From an uncultured Gammaproteobacteria bacterium (GTDB taxonomy: Bacteria; Patescibacteriota; Microgenomatia; Curtissbacterales; GWA2-41-24): a stretch of 55,775 bases of DNA. Shown here in pieces: positions 45,171-54,587 of the stretch; position 1 is the first letter of the stretch; each line of letters opens with the position of its first letter. The DNA is taken from NCBI GenBank assembly GCA_964562855.1, contig CAZLVB010000004.1, forward strand, positions 1 through 55,775. The letters are read 5' to 3'. The notes under the pieces are model-generated. The model was not told the origin of the DNA and searched no databases. It was given only the letters and a program-made list of their open reading frames with translations. Position numbers and translations under genes: made by a program.

Positions 45171-45606
45171 GGGAAGATAATAAGCCAGATTCTGTTCTAA
45201 CGATCATCTGTCTCAAAGTGACGCTAAGTTTCACCTTGCCCGCCGATTTGGCGGATGCCCCTACTTGAAGTCTCGTGCAAGCTATTTAAGTCGACTTCGG
45301 TCTGGGTTGCAGCAGGTGGGATTGCCCGTTTCACTTCCGCTCGTCTCTGTTGCTCTCAGATCTTGTCAATTCATGATCTGTTCCAAACTCCACATGCGGA
45401 TAAAGAGTTTAGACACCAGCGCTTGGCCCTCGACAGGCTCAGGCCACCCTGAGTTTAATCGAAGGGTACGCGTCGGAGCTTACACTCCACCACTTGCTTG
45501 CCGCTGTCTGGACTTTCCTCCCCTCGTCGCTTCGCTCCTCTGGGGTAAACCTAAGGGGCTTGCCCTGAGCGAACTTAGTGAGCGAAGGGCGATCGTTCTT
45601 CTTCCC
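45171..45606 (-). ncRNA. rnpB: RNase P RNA, bacterial type A-like
   Basis: The minus strand contains GAGGGGAGGAAAGUCCAGACA (CR-I), GAGAGCAACAGAGA, CAAGUAGGGGCA and AGAUGAUCGUUAGAACAGAAUCUGGCUUAU (CR-V). P1 is GGGAAGA/UCUUCCC and P2 is AACGAUC/GAUCGUU. Confidence 0.9.
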
Positions 45607-45665
45607 AAAAGCAGCTTATTTTATCAAAATAAAGAGTTTATCTCAACCGTAAGACAATTTGACAA

Positions 45666-45899
45666 GTGAATATGATTTGTACTTATATAGAACTAGAGAT
45701 GGCCAAAAAAGCAGTTCTAAAGAAGGTAAAAAATAATCCGCTTTCTCAACTTTTAATTGCGGCTACGGTGGCTATTATTTTAGTTGCCTCCTACCAGGCT
45801 GTTACCCAAAACGATATCACTTCTATTGCACCTACCCAGCTATTTCTAGTAGCAGGAGTCTTAGCAATCCTTGGTCTTTACCTCAAAGACGAAAAGTAA
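45666..45899 (+). CDS. Small membrane protein (two predicted TM helices)
   Basis: 77-aa ORF. The more likely start is the ATG at 45699 (MAKKAVLKK). The hydrophobic stretches are LLIAATVAIILVA and LFLVAGVLAILGL. Confidence 0.45.
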   Translation: MNMICTYIELEMAKKAVLKKVKNNPLSQLLIAATVAIILVASYQAVTQNDITSIAPTQLFLVAGVLAILGLYLKDEK

Positions 45900-45965
45900 T
45901 CGTCGAAATTAACTCCCAAATTAGATATACTGTAAGCGTTAATTCTGCCTAAAATTTTAATTCTA

Positions 45966-46565
45966 ATGAAGCGGTTGGTCGTATTAATCTCTAACATCGG
46001 AACGGGTACAAACCTCCAAGCGATAATCGATGCCACCAGAAATAAAAAAATTAACGCAACTATTAGCGCAGTTATCAGCGATACCAAACAAGCTCAAGGA
46101 CTTATGCGAGCCCAAAAAAATAATATCCCGAGAGTAATCAATAAGAAAAAAGAAGATCTTCTCGAAGTTCTTAAAAAAGTTAATCCGGACTATATTTGTC
46201 TTGCCGGCTGGAGGCAAATCATTTTGGATGAGGTAATTGACGTTTTCCCAGACAGAATTTTAAATACCCATCCAGGCCTTATTCCCGATAATCTGGATGA
46301 AACGGTCAAAAATCCTGACGGTACAGCTGCCCTTTGGAATAAAGGCAAAATGACCGATCACGCCATCCAAAATTTCTTGGATAGCAAAGCAACCTATGCT
46401 GGTTGCACCAATCATTTTTTATCACACGAATTCGACTTTGGACCAGTTTTGGGCCATTGTTTTGAAAAAATCCGCAAAAACGATACTGTTGATTCACTCT
46501 ACACGCGGCTTAAGAAAAAAGAAAACGCTCTATATGTCAAAGTTTTATCAAAACTTTGCAAATAA
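45966..46565 (+). CDS. purN: Phosphoribosylglycinamide formyltransferase
   Basis: 199 aa. Contains VVLISN.GTGTNLQAIIDA and NTHPGLIP. Confidence 0.85.
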   Translation: MKRLVVLISNIGTGTNLQAIIDATRNKKINATISAVISDTKQAQGLMRAQKNNIPRVINKKKEDLLEVLKKVNPDYICLAGWRQIILDEVIDVFPDRILNTHPGLIPDNLDETVKNPDGTAALWNKGKMTDHAIQNFLDSKATYAGCTNHFLSHEFDFGPVLGHCFEKIRKNDTVDSLYTRLKKKENALYVKVLSKLCK

Positions 46566-46567
46566 TT

Positions 46568-47890
46568 ATGAGATCTAAAACTGTTTTAGTTGTTGATGGC
46601 GGCGGTAGAGGATCGGTTCTTGTTGATAAATACTTACAGAGTTCTTATGTCAATAGAGTTTTGGCAGTTCCGGGAAACGATATGATGACATTAGCTACAA
46701 AGAACCGCGTCAAAATTTTTCCCGACACGAAAACCACAGACGTAGAAAAAATTGAAATAATTTGTCAAAAAGAAAAGGTTGACCTTATTGATGTAGCCCA
46801 TGACGATGCAGTAGCGGCGGGTCTTGTTGATAGCTTAGTCGGCAAGGGTTTTAAGGTACTTGGACCAACCAAAGCCGCCGGGCAGATCGAGTGGGATAAA
46901 TCATGGGCCAGAAATTTTATGAAAAAATTTAGTATTCCATCACCAAATTTCAAAATCTGTCACTCAACAAAAGAAGGCACTGATTACATAAATGGACAAA
47001 AGGAAGCGCAGTGGTACGTCAAAGCTGCGGGCTTGGCTAGTGGCAAAGGTGCGCTTTATGCGAAAGATAATAGCCAGGCAGTTGAAAATATCAAAAAAAT
47101 GTCAAAATTCAAAGAGGCAGGAAAAATTTATTTAATAGAGGAATGTGTTGAAGGTGAAGAATTTTCCTCATTTGCCATTGTTAATGGAAGTGATTTTAAA
47201 ATTATCGGTCATGCCCAAGATCACAAAACCGTTTATGACGGTAATCTTGGACCAAACACCGGCGGTATGGGTTGCAGTTCTCCGCCAATGGTTATCACTA
47301 AAAATATTGAGAAACAGATTGAATCAATTTTTGCCAAAGTTACAAATGGTCTTGTTGAAATTAAAAGACCATATCTTGGTATTTTGTATCTTGGAGGAAT
47401 GATAGACAAAAAAGGAAAAGTTGCTGTCATTGAATTCAATGCCAGGTGGGGAGATCCAGAGGCTCAGGTTGTTGTCCCGGCGCTTCAAAATGATCTTTAT
47501 GAATTAGCGATTTTAACTATAGATTCAAAGCTAAAATCCCTGAAAGTTAAACTTGACAATAAATATCGGATTACAGTCGCTGCAACTTCTCGAGGTTATC
47601 CAGACGATTATTCTAAGGTGATAGATAAAGAAATATACGGCCTTAACAAAGTCCTAATGACTAAGGACTTAAAAATTTTTGGAGCGGCGGTTAAAATAGA
47701 GAAGGCAAGAAACTTTGCAAACGGGGGAAGGCTATTTTATATAACGGCTGAAGGTAAAAATGTTGCAGAAGCAAGAAAAATAGCCTATAATGCGCTTTCT
47801 CAAGTCTATATCGAGGGCAATAATCTGCACTATCGTACAGATATAGGCTATCGAGATCTAGAGAGGTTCTATGCAGGTAGGAAAACCTAA
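46568..47890 (+). CDS. purD: Phosphoribosylamine-glycine ligase
   Basis: Start at MRSKTVLVVDGGGRG. ATP-grasp core (YVKAAGLASGKG, EFNARWGDPE). Confidence 0.88.
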   Translation: MRSKTVLVVDGGGRGSVLVDKYLQSSYVNRVLAVPGNDMMTLATKNRVKIFPDTKTTDVEKIEIICQKEKVDLIDVAHDDAVAAGLVDSLVGKGFKVLGPTKAAGQIEWDKSWARNFMKKFSIPSPNFKICHSTKEGTDYINGQKEAQWYVKAAGLASGKGALYAKDNSQAVENIKKMSKFKEAGKIYLIEECVEGEEFSSFAIVNGSDFKIIGHAQDHKTVYDGNLGPNTGGMGCSSPPMVITKNIEKQIESIFAKVTNGLVEIKRPYLGILYLGGMIDKKGKVAVIEFNARWGDPEAQVVVPALQNDLYELAILTIDSKLKSLKVKLDNKYRITVAATSRGYPDDYSKVIDKEIYGLNKVLMTKDLKIFGAAVKIEKARNFANGGRLFYITAEGKNVAEARKIAYNALSQVYIEGNNLHYRTDIGYRDLERFYAGRKT

Positions 47891-48959
47891 AGTTCTTATC
47901 AGTGATGGAGAAGGCCCCCTTGTTTTTAATGATCTATCGCGGGGTATTACGGCAAGAAGACACCCGTTAGGAGTTATTCTTTTCGATTCACTAAGCCTTT
48001 ACAATGCATTTATTGCAGAAACACGAGGACCGAACCAGCCTGGTGAGACTCTCGCCCTACTTGTTCCCCACCTATTGACTCATAAAATCACAGATGATGA
48101 TTTAAGAGAAGAAGCCAGAACTACTACTTTTGCAAGAGGAGTAGAAGAATACTTAGAAAATCTTAGAGAAAACGGTTGGCAAGTAAGAGTAATTTCCACT
48201 GCTTATTCCCATCTTTGGCAGGAAGTAGGCCCTAAGCTTGGTATTCCTCAGTATCATATAGCAGCCACTAAACTTTCGCTAGCGGACTTGGAAGGTCCTT
48301 GGAATGCGAATCCTGCACTAACAGAAGCAGTTTTAAAGGTTGAAGATTTCATTGCTTTTTATCAAGACCAAATAAAAAGTGCAATAGAAAGTTTCAGGGA
48401 AGGTGCTTCTCTCCTCGACATCTTTTCTGAAATAGAGGTGATGAGAAATCTTGGGGCACGCTTTGACACCTTATACTCTCGTACTTTGCCCGAAGAAGGA
48501 TATAATCCGTTGCAGGCTGTCGAGGTTATTGGTGGAGAAAGAAAGACTCAAAAGGCAATCGGTTTCCTAAAAGAATTAGGTGTAGAACCATCTGAGGTCG
48601 TATACATCGGTGATAGTATCACCGATGACAGGGCCTTGAAATTCTTCAGAGAATCTGACGGTTTGGCAATTGCTGAGAACGGTGATACTTTTGCGGTTCG
48701 AAATGCCTCTATTGCCATAGCAAGCGAAGACTCCTCTCATAAGGTTGAACTCTTAGAAGCCTGGGCAAATGGAGGCTTGGAAGCGGTGAGAAGATTTACT
48801 GATGAAGAACCGTCTATAGCAAAAGAAAGAGATATGGGAAGTGGAAGAAGATTTTTAAAAGTGTTCCATATTTATGAGGGGAGTAATCACGCAGAAATAG
48901 CTAGAAATCTACGCGGGTCAAGATTGCGATTGCAAGGGGTAAACTCTTCCGTTATTTAG
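47871..48959 (+). CDS. HAD-superfamily-like protein of unknown role
   Basis: 362 aa. ISDGEGP lies near the N-terminus (DxEGP-type motif I variant) and VVYIGDSITDD is a motif IV-like sequence. Overlaps purD by 20 nt. Confidence 0.45.
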   Translation: MQVGKPKVLISDGEGPLVFNDLSRGITARRHPLGVILFDSLSLYNAFIAETRGPNQPGETLALLVPHLLTHKITDDDLREEARTTTFARGVEEYLENLRENGWQVRVISTAYSHLWQEVGPKLGIPQYHIAATKLSLADLEGPWNANPALTEAVLKVEDFIAFYQDQIKSAIESFREGASLLDIFSEIEVMRNLGARFDTLYSRTLPEEGYNPLQAVEVIGGERKTQKAIGFLKELGVEPSEVVYIGDSITDDRALKFFRESDGLAIAENGDTFAVRNASIAIASEDSSHKVELLEAWANGGLEAVRRFTDEEPSIAKERDMGSGRRFLKVFHIYEGSNHAEIARNLRGSRLRLQGVNSSVI

Positions 48960-48962
48960 CAA

Positions 48963-49883
48963 ATGCTTAAAGTTGTTGGTTTTGGGGCGCTCAATGTTGA
49001 TAATATTTTTAAAGTAAATAATCTTTCTCTTGCTGAAAACCCAGCGCACCCAGTTGATATTCAAGCAGGTGGTAATGCCGCAAATACAATAACAGCCTTA
49101 GCAAAACTCGGTGTTTCTTGTGGTTTCATTGGTATAGTCACTAACGATGCTTATGGAAAATTAATTCTTTCAGAATTCAGAAGACGTAATGTTGATACCT
49201 CTCACGTACTTATTCGCAAATCAGAAACATTGATTAACTCCGGACTGGTTGAAACTTATGTTGATAGAAAGGGCAGAAGGATGCTCTTTGTGAAACCTGG
49301 CGTTAATAGTACTCTATCCTTAGAAGAGATAGATTCTGAGTATTTTAATAAGACATCAGTTGTTCACTTCAGTTCTTTCGTCGATGACCAGCAGTTTCAT
49401 ATTCAAAAAACATTAATTAAACAAATTCCTAAGGATGCTATAGTCAGTTTTGCCCCAGGCAGTCTTTATGTAGAAAGAGGTCTAAAAGCCCTAGAGCTAT
49501 TTATTAAAAGAACAGATATTTTATTTTTAACAAGAAAAGAAACATATTATTTAATCGGTCAGAATTTTAATAAAGCATCAGAAAAATTGCTCACGATGGG
49601 GCCGAGAATCGTAATTATTACGCTTGGGGAAAAAGGCAGTTTTATTGCAACCAAACATGAGCGACATAGTGTAAGAGCTCGAAATGTGAAAGTAGTTGAT
49701 ACCACAGGAGCCGGTGATGCGTATGCAGCCGGATTTTTGTATGGGATTATCAATAAGTTTCCGATTAAAAAGTGTGCCGAAATTGCCAGTGCTCTTGCTA
49801 GTTTTTCAGTTCAAAAGTTAGGAGCAAGAGCCGGTCTCCCAAATAGAAAAGAGCTTACTTCTGTTGTATCATTAGCCAAATGA
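48963..49883 (+). CDS. PfkB family sugar/nucleoside kinase
   Basis: 306 aa. Contains GGNAANT and DTTGAGDAYAAGFLYG. Confidence 0.85.
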   Translation: MLKVVGFGALNVDNIFKVNNLSLAENPAHPVDIQAGGNAANTITALAKLGVSCGFIGIVTNDAYGKLILSEFRRRNVDTSHVLIRKSETLINSGLVETYVDRKGRRMLFVKPGVNSTLSLEEIDSEYFNKTSVVHFSSFVDDQQFHIQKTLIKQIPKDAIVSFAPGSLYVERGLKALELFIKRTDILFLTRKETYYLIGQNFNKASEKLLTMGPRIVIITLGEKGSFIATKHERHSVRARNVKVVDTTGAGDAYAAGFLYGIINKFPIKKCAEIASALASFSVQKLGARAGLPNRKELTSVVSLAK

Positions 49884-52708
49884 TTTACGAGGTAAGAGTA
49901 GCCTCAAAAGAAGATAGTGACCCCAAAGGCCAGGATCTTCTTGCGGAAATTAGAAGAACCCCCAAGATTACTCCGATTAAAAAAATAAAAACAGCCAAAG
50001 TTTACCGATTAGAAGGCATTTTAAAAAAAGAAGCATTGGAATTCACAAAAAAAGTTTTGTTTGAGCCAATTGATCAAAAAATGTCACTCGATGGCCCAAT
50101 TTTTAAAGATGCCGGTCAAATTATAGAGATTGCTTACAAGCCGGGCGTAATGAACCCGGAAGCTGGATCTCTTCTGAAGGCAGGAAAAGATTTAGGAATT
50201 AAACTGGCTGCTGCCGACTCCTCATACGAATATGCCTTTTTTGGAAAAATTACCAAAGACCAAGCTAGGGATCTAATAACTAAACTGCGTCTTTACAATC
50301 CCCTGATAGAACACATTGTAGATCATAAGCCAAAAACATTATTAATTACGGGCAAAGTCGGTAAAACCCAAAAAGTACCGTTACAAAATATGACAGAAGA
50401 AGAGCTGGTGGATCTTTCTAGGGATAAGCTATTTTTAAATCTTTCAGAAATGAAAGTTATCCAAAACTATTTCAAAAAGATAAACAGAGACCCCACCGAT
50501 TGTGAGATTGAAACTCTTGCCCAAACATGGAGTGAACATTCAGGCCATAAAACATTTAAGGCAAAGATAATAATCGATGGCAAAGTCAAAGAACCCCTCA
50601 TTGCTCGTCTTAAAAAAGAGGCACTTAAGCATAAAAAAAATATTGTTTCCGCTTTCGTTGATAATGCGGGAGTTATGGATTTTTATGACGGTTGGGCAAT
50701 TAATGGAAAGGCAGAAACCCACAACAGTCCGTCGGCAATAGAGCCATACGGTGGAGCCATGACAGGCAGCGGTGGAGTTTTCAGGGATATAGTTGCAACT
50801 GGACAGGGAGCAAAAACACTAATTTCAACAGACGTTTTTTGTTTGGCAAATTGGAATATGGATCCCAAAAAACTTCCCAAAGGTTCACTACCGCCAGGAT
50901 ATCTACTCACAAGAGTAGTTTCGGCCGTCCGGGATTACGGAAACAGAATAGGCATCCCAACCAATAATGGCTCCTTTCATTTCCATGACGATTTTCGGGC
51001 CAAGCCAACAGTCCTAGTCGGGGCGTATGGGATCTTACCCAAAAAATATGCCCAAAAAGGCAAGCCCCAAAAAGGAGACATAGTTGTAAGTATGGGTGGA
51101 AGAATAGGAAGAGACGGAATTCATGGAGCCACTTTCGCCTCCGGTGAAATGACCCAAAGAACTATCACAGTCAATGCTCAGGCAGTACAAATCGGTAATG
51201 CGATAGAAGAAAAAAGAACCTTCGACGCCATTATGGAAGCCCGTGACCAAAACTGTATAAGGGCAATGCAAGATAGCGGCGGCGGAGGCTTGTCGTCTGC
51301 CATAGGAGAAATGGGAGCAGAAACCGGAGTTTCGGTCCAGTTGAAAAACGAAAGACTTAAATATCAAGGTCTAAGTCCTTGGGAAATTTGGCTTTCTGAA
51401 TCTCAAGAAAGGATGGTTCTGGCAATTCCAAAAAACAAAATTAAAAAGTTCCAAAAAATCTGCAAAAAATATAATGTAGAATTTTCGGTACTTGGCACCT
51501 TTGATGGCAGCAAAAAGTTAAAAGTCTTCTACGGCAAGGAGAAAGTTTGCGATTTAGAAATGCAGTTTCTTCATGAAGGATTGCCTCAAAGGATTATGAG
51601 GGCTAAAAAGGTTGCAATTTCCAGATCAGAAGAAGGTAAAAACGCCAAATTTCCTAAAAATCAAACAGAATGGATCAAAATTTTACAAAAAGTGTTATCA
51701 GATGGAAACATTTGTTCTAAGGAACCGATTTTAAGAATGTATGACCACACTGTTCAGGGCACCAGTGTTCTTCAGCCGTTTGCCGGGGAATTTTACAATG
51801 CTCCTAATGACGCGGCCGTAATCAGGCCGATTTTAAACAAATCATATGGGATGATTGTTTCTCACGGGGTAAATCCTATTTTGGTAAGAATTGATCCGTA
51901 CTGGGGAAGCATTTGGGCGGCAACAGAAGCCATATCAAACTATGTTGCAGTAGGCGGAGTCTATCAAGACGCATCGCTTGTCAATAATTATATTTGGCCA
52001 TTTCCCGATGAGGAATCTCTGGGGTCTCTGGACAAGTCAGTCGAGGCAGTCGTTGATTTTATGAAGACCTTAAAGATTCCGGTAATTTCCGGCAAAGATA
52101 GTCTTTCTTCTACATATCGCTCAGATAATGGTTTTGTTCTGAAAATTCCGCCCGTTTTGTGTATTTCCGTCTTTGGTAAAATCCCCGATGCTGCAAAGAC
52201 TGTTTCTTCAGACTTTAAAAAAACGGGATCAACGGTCGTTTTAGTCGGCAAGACTGACACTTTGTCGATGGGGGGCTCTGTATACTTTGCCAAAAATAAT
52301 CTCCCCGGAGAAAGCGTCCCTAAAATTGACCTTAAAATACTACCCAAAGTTTTAGATGTTATTAACCGCGGTGTTTCAAAAGGCAAAATTTTTGCCTGTC
52401 ACGATGTTTCGGAAGGCGGAATTATAACGGCACTTTTTGAAATGTGTCTAGGTGGGGCAGTTGGAGCAGAAATAAAAATCGAAAACAAAGATAGACCGGA
52501 TTATTTTCTATTTAACGAAACTGCAGGTTGTTTTATCGCTGAAGTGGCAAATGAGAAAGTAGCAAGAAGTTTATTTAAAAACGTTCCATATTCGATTCTC
52601 GGGAAAACACAATCAAAGCAGACAATTTCAGCAACCCCCATTTTTTCTGTCGAAGTTGAAAAACTCAAAAAAGTTTGGCAGAAACCATTAGAGGAGGTAT
52701 TTATTTAA
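49880..52708 (+). CDS. purL: FGAM synthase: two tandem PurS-like domains fused to PurL
   Basis: 942 aa. Residues 1-75 (YEVRVASKEDSDPKGQ...) and about 85-150 (IEIAYKPGVMNPEAG...) are PurS-like. These are followed by WSEHSGHKTF and two AIR-synthase-like repeats. Confidence 0.88.
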   Translation: MIYEVRVASKEDSDPKGQDLLAEIRRTPKITPIKKIKTAKVYRLEGILKKEALEFTKKVLFEPIDQKMSLDGPIFKDAGQIIEIAYKPGVMNPEAGSLLKAGKDLGIKLAAADSSYEYAFFGKITKDQARDLITKLRLYNPLIEHIVDHKPKTLLITGKVGKTQKVPLQNMTEEELVDLSRDKLFLNLSEMKVIQNYFKKINRDPTDCEIETLAQTWSEHSGHKTFKAKIIIDGKVKEPLIARLKKEALKHKKNIVSAFVDNAGVMDFYDGWAINGKAETHNSPSAIEPYGGAMTGSGGVFRDIVATGQGAKTLISTDVFCLANWNMDPKKLPKGSLPPGYLLTRVVSAVRDYGNRIGIPTNNGSFHFHDDFRAKPTVLVGAYGILPKKYAQKGKPQKGDIVVSMGGRIGRDGIHGATFASGEMTQRTITVNAQAVQIGNAIEEKRTFDAIMEARDQNCIRAMQDSGGGGLSSAIGEMGAETGVSVQLKNERLKYQGLSPWEIWLSESQERMVLAIPKNKIKKFQKICKKYNVEFSVLGTFDGSKKLKVFYGKEKVCDLEMQFLHEGLPQRIMRAKKVAISRSEEGKNAKFPKNQTEWIKILQKVLSDGNICSKEPILRMYDHTVQGTSVLQPFAGEFYNAPNDAAVIRPILNKSYGMIVSHGVNPILVRIDPYWGSIWAATEAISNYVAVGGVYQDASLVNNYIWPFPDEESLGSLDKSVEAVVDFMKTLKIPVISGKDSLSSTYRSDNGFVLKIPPVLCISVFGKIPDAAKTVSSDFKKTGSTVVLVGKTDTLSMGGSVYFAKNNLPGESVPKIDLKILPKVLDVINRGVSKGKIFACHDVSEGGIITALFEMCLGGAVGAEIKIENKDRPDYFLFNETAGCFIAEVANEKVARSLFKNVPYSILGKTQSKQTISATPIFSVEVEKLKKVWQKPLEEVFI

Positions 52709-53481
52709 TGAAACCAAAGGTTTGTGTATTGAGAGCAGAAGGCATAAATTGCGACGAAGAAACTTTTTACGCCTTTGAAAAATTTGGTGGCCGGCCCGAG
52801 TTTGTTCATGTTAACCAACTTCGCGAAAAATCAAAAAAACTCAAAGAGTTTCAAATCTTGGCAATTCCGGGAGGTTTTGCTTATGGAGATGACGTTTTTT
52901 CCGGAAAGATATTGGCAGTTGAGCTTATCAGTTTTTTAAAAGATCAGCTTAGCGACTATATAAATAAGGAAGGATTAATTATTGGAATTTGTAACGGATT
53001 CCAGGTTTTGGTTCGAACTGGACTTTTACCCTTTGGTAATCTAGGAAAGATGGATGCTACGTTAACTCTAAACGACAGCGGACATTTTGAATGCAGATTT
53101 GTAAAAATGAGGATAGAAAAATCGAAAGCGGAATTTCTTGACCCATATGTCGGCCAGACGATAGATATTGCCGTAAACCATGGCGAGGGCAAATTTTATG
53201 CTCTACCTAAAGATCTAATAAAGATCGAAAATGAAAATCTTGTTTTCTCTCGGTACGTGGATGAAAAGGGAAAACCAGCTAAAGAATATCCGCAAAATCC
53301 AAATGGTTCACTTAATGCGATTGCCGGTGTTTGCGACCCAACAGGTCATATTATTGGTCTAATGCCTCATCCGGAAAAAATTGTTGACATTACTCAACAC
53401 CCTAATTGGCGACGAGGCAATGTCAAGGCCAAGGGGGGTTTTATATTTGAAGGCATGATAAAATTTGCAAAACAAAGGTGA
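52708..53481 (+). CDS. purQ: FGAM synthase glutaminase subunit
   Basis: Start at MKPKVCVLRAEGINCD with a TAATG overlap onto purL. Contains GICNGFQ (catalytic Cys) and MPHPE. Confidence 0.9.
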   Translation: MKPKVCVLRAEGINCDEETFYAFEKFGGRPEFVHVNQLREKSKKLKEFQILAIPGGFAYGDDVFSGKILAVELISFLKDQLSDYINKEGLIIGICNGFQVLVRTGLLPFGNLGKMDATLTLNDSGHFECRFVKMRIEKSKAEFLDPYVGQTIDIAVNHGEGKFYALPKDLIKIENENLVFSRYVDEKGKPAKEYPQNPNGSLNAIAGVCDPTGHIIGLMPHPEKIVDITQHPNWRRGNVKAKGGFIFEGMIKFAKQR

Positions 53482-54584
53482 TGAAATCTAAGATAACCTA
53501 CTCTCAGGTTGGCGACAATTATTTTATAAAAGACCCCGCAAATAAGCTTTCACAACAAGCCGCCAAGAAAACAGGAATAAATCTTAAAAAAACTGGGTTT
53601 AATGAAATTCAGGCGACTCGTGGAGAATCTGCCTTCGTCTGGAAACAAGGGTCAGTTCTTATGGCATCGGTAATCGAGTGTTTGGGGACTAAGAGCCTGG
53701 TTGCCGATGATCTAAGAAAAGTAACCAAAGAAACTTACTACGATGTTATTGCCAACAATACTGTTGCTACGTTTATAAATGATCTAAGCACGGTGGGGGC
53801 AAAACCCTTAGTTGTGCATGCATACTGGGCATTTGGTGACAATAACTGGCTCGAAGACAAAAAAAGATTGAGAGATTTTATAAAAGGATGGAAGCAGGCT
53901 TGTGATGAATCGGGCTCTACGTGGGGTGGCGGAGAAACGGCTACCTTAAAAGGTATTCTTAATCCTGATGCCTGCGATTTGTCAGGAAGTGTAGTGGGAA
54001 TAATAAAAAACCCTAAAAATTTAGTTATAGATGAAAAATTAAAAGCAGGAGACAGAATTATATTTGTGAAATCAAACGGAATTAATGCAAACGGTATTTC
54101 ATTGGCAAGAAGTATTGCAAAAAAACTTCCTCATGGTTATGCGACAAAAATGCCAAACGGCGAACTTTACGGGGAAGCAATTCTTACCAAATCGAACCTC
54201 TATGCGAAATTAATTCAAGCCCTAATTCAATCTGGAGTCGACATACATTATATAACTCATATAACCGGTCATGGTCTTCGCAAAGTTATGCGTGCAAGAC
54301 AAAATTTTACTTACGTAATTGAAAAACTATTCGAACCGCAAGAAGTATTCAAATTTATTCAAAAACACGCAGGACTTAACGATTACGAAGCTTACGAAAC
54401 ATATAATATGGGACAAGATTACGCAATTTTTGTCGATCAAAAGGATATCAAAAAAGCTCAGAAAATTATCAGACAAAACAAGTTTGAATCACTCGATGCC
54501 GGTTATGTCAAAAAAGGCGAAAGGAAAGTCGAAATCAGACCAAAAAACATCATCTATACCTCTGAAACATTGGATTTAAGATAG
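53478..54584 (+). CDS. purM: AIR synthase (PurM)-like protein, divergent
   Basis: 368 aa. ECLGTK replaces DGVGTK. Contains GGGETA and SNGINANGISLAR. Collinear with PurM. Confidence 0.7.
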   Translation: MMKSKITYSQVGDNYFIKDPANKLSQQAAKKTGINLKKTGFNEIQATRGESAFVWKQGSVLMASVIECLGTKSLVADDLRKVTKETYYDVIANNTVATFINDLSTVGAKPLVVHAYWAFGDNNWLEDKKRLRDFIKGWKQACDESGSTWGGGETATLKGILNPDACDLSGSVVGIIKNPKNLVIDEKLKAGDRIIFVKSNGINANGISLARSIAKKLPHGYATKMPNGELYGEAILTKSNLYAKLIQALIQSGVDIHYITHITGHGLRKVMRARQNFTYVIEKLFEPQEVFKFIQKHAGLNDYEAYETYNMGQDYAIFVDQKDIKKAQKIIRQNKFESLDAGYVKKGERKVEIRPKNIIYTSETLDLR

Positions 54585-54587
54585 CCA

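Noticed and set aside
45255-45669. Plus-strand ORFs of 65 aa and 134 aa
   Set aside because: They lie entirely over the minus-strand RNase P RNA. The sequence is GC-rich structured RNA and there is no protein-like motif.
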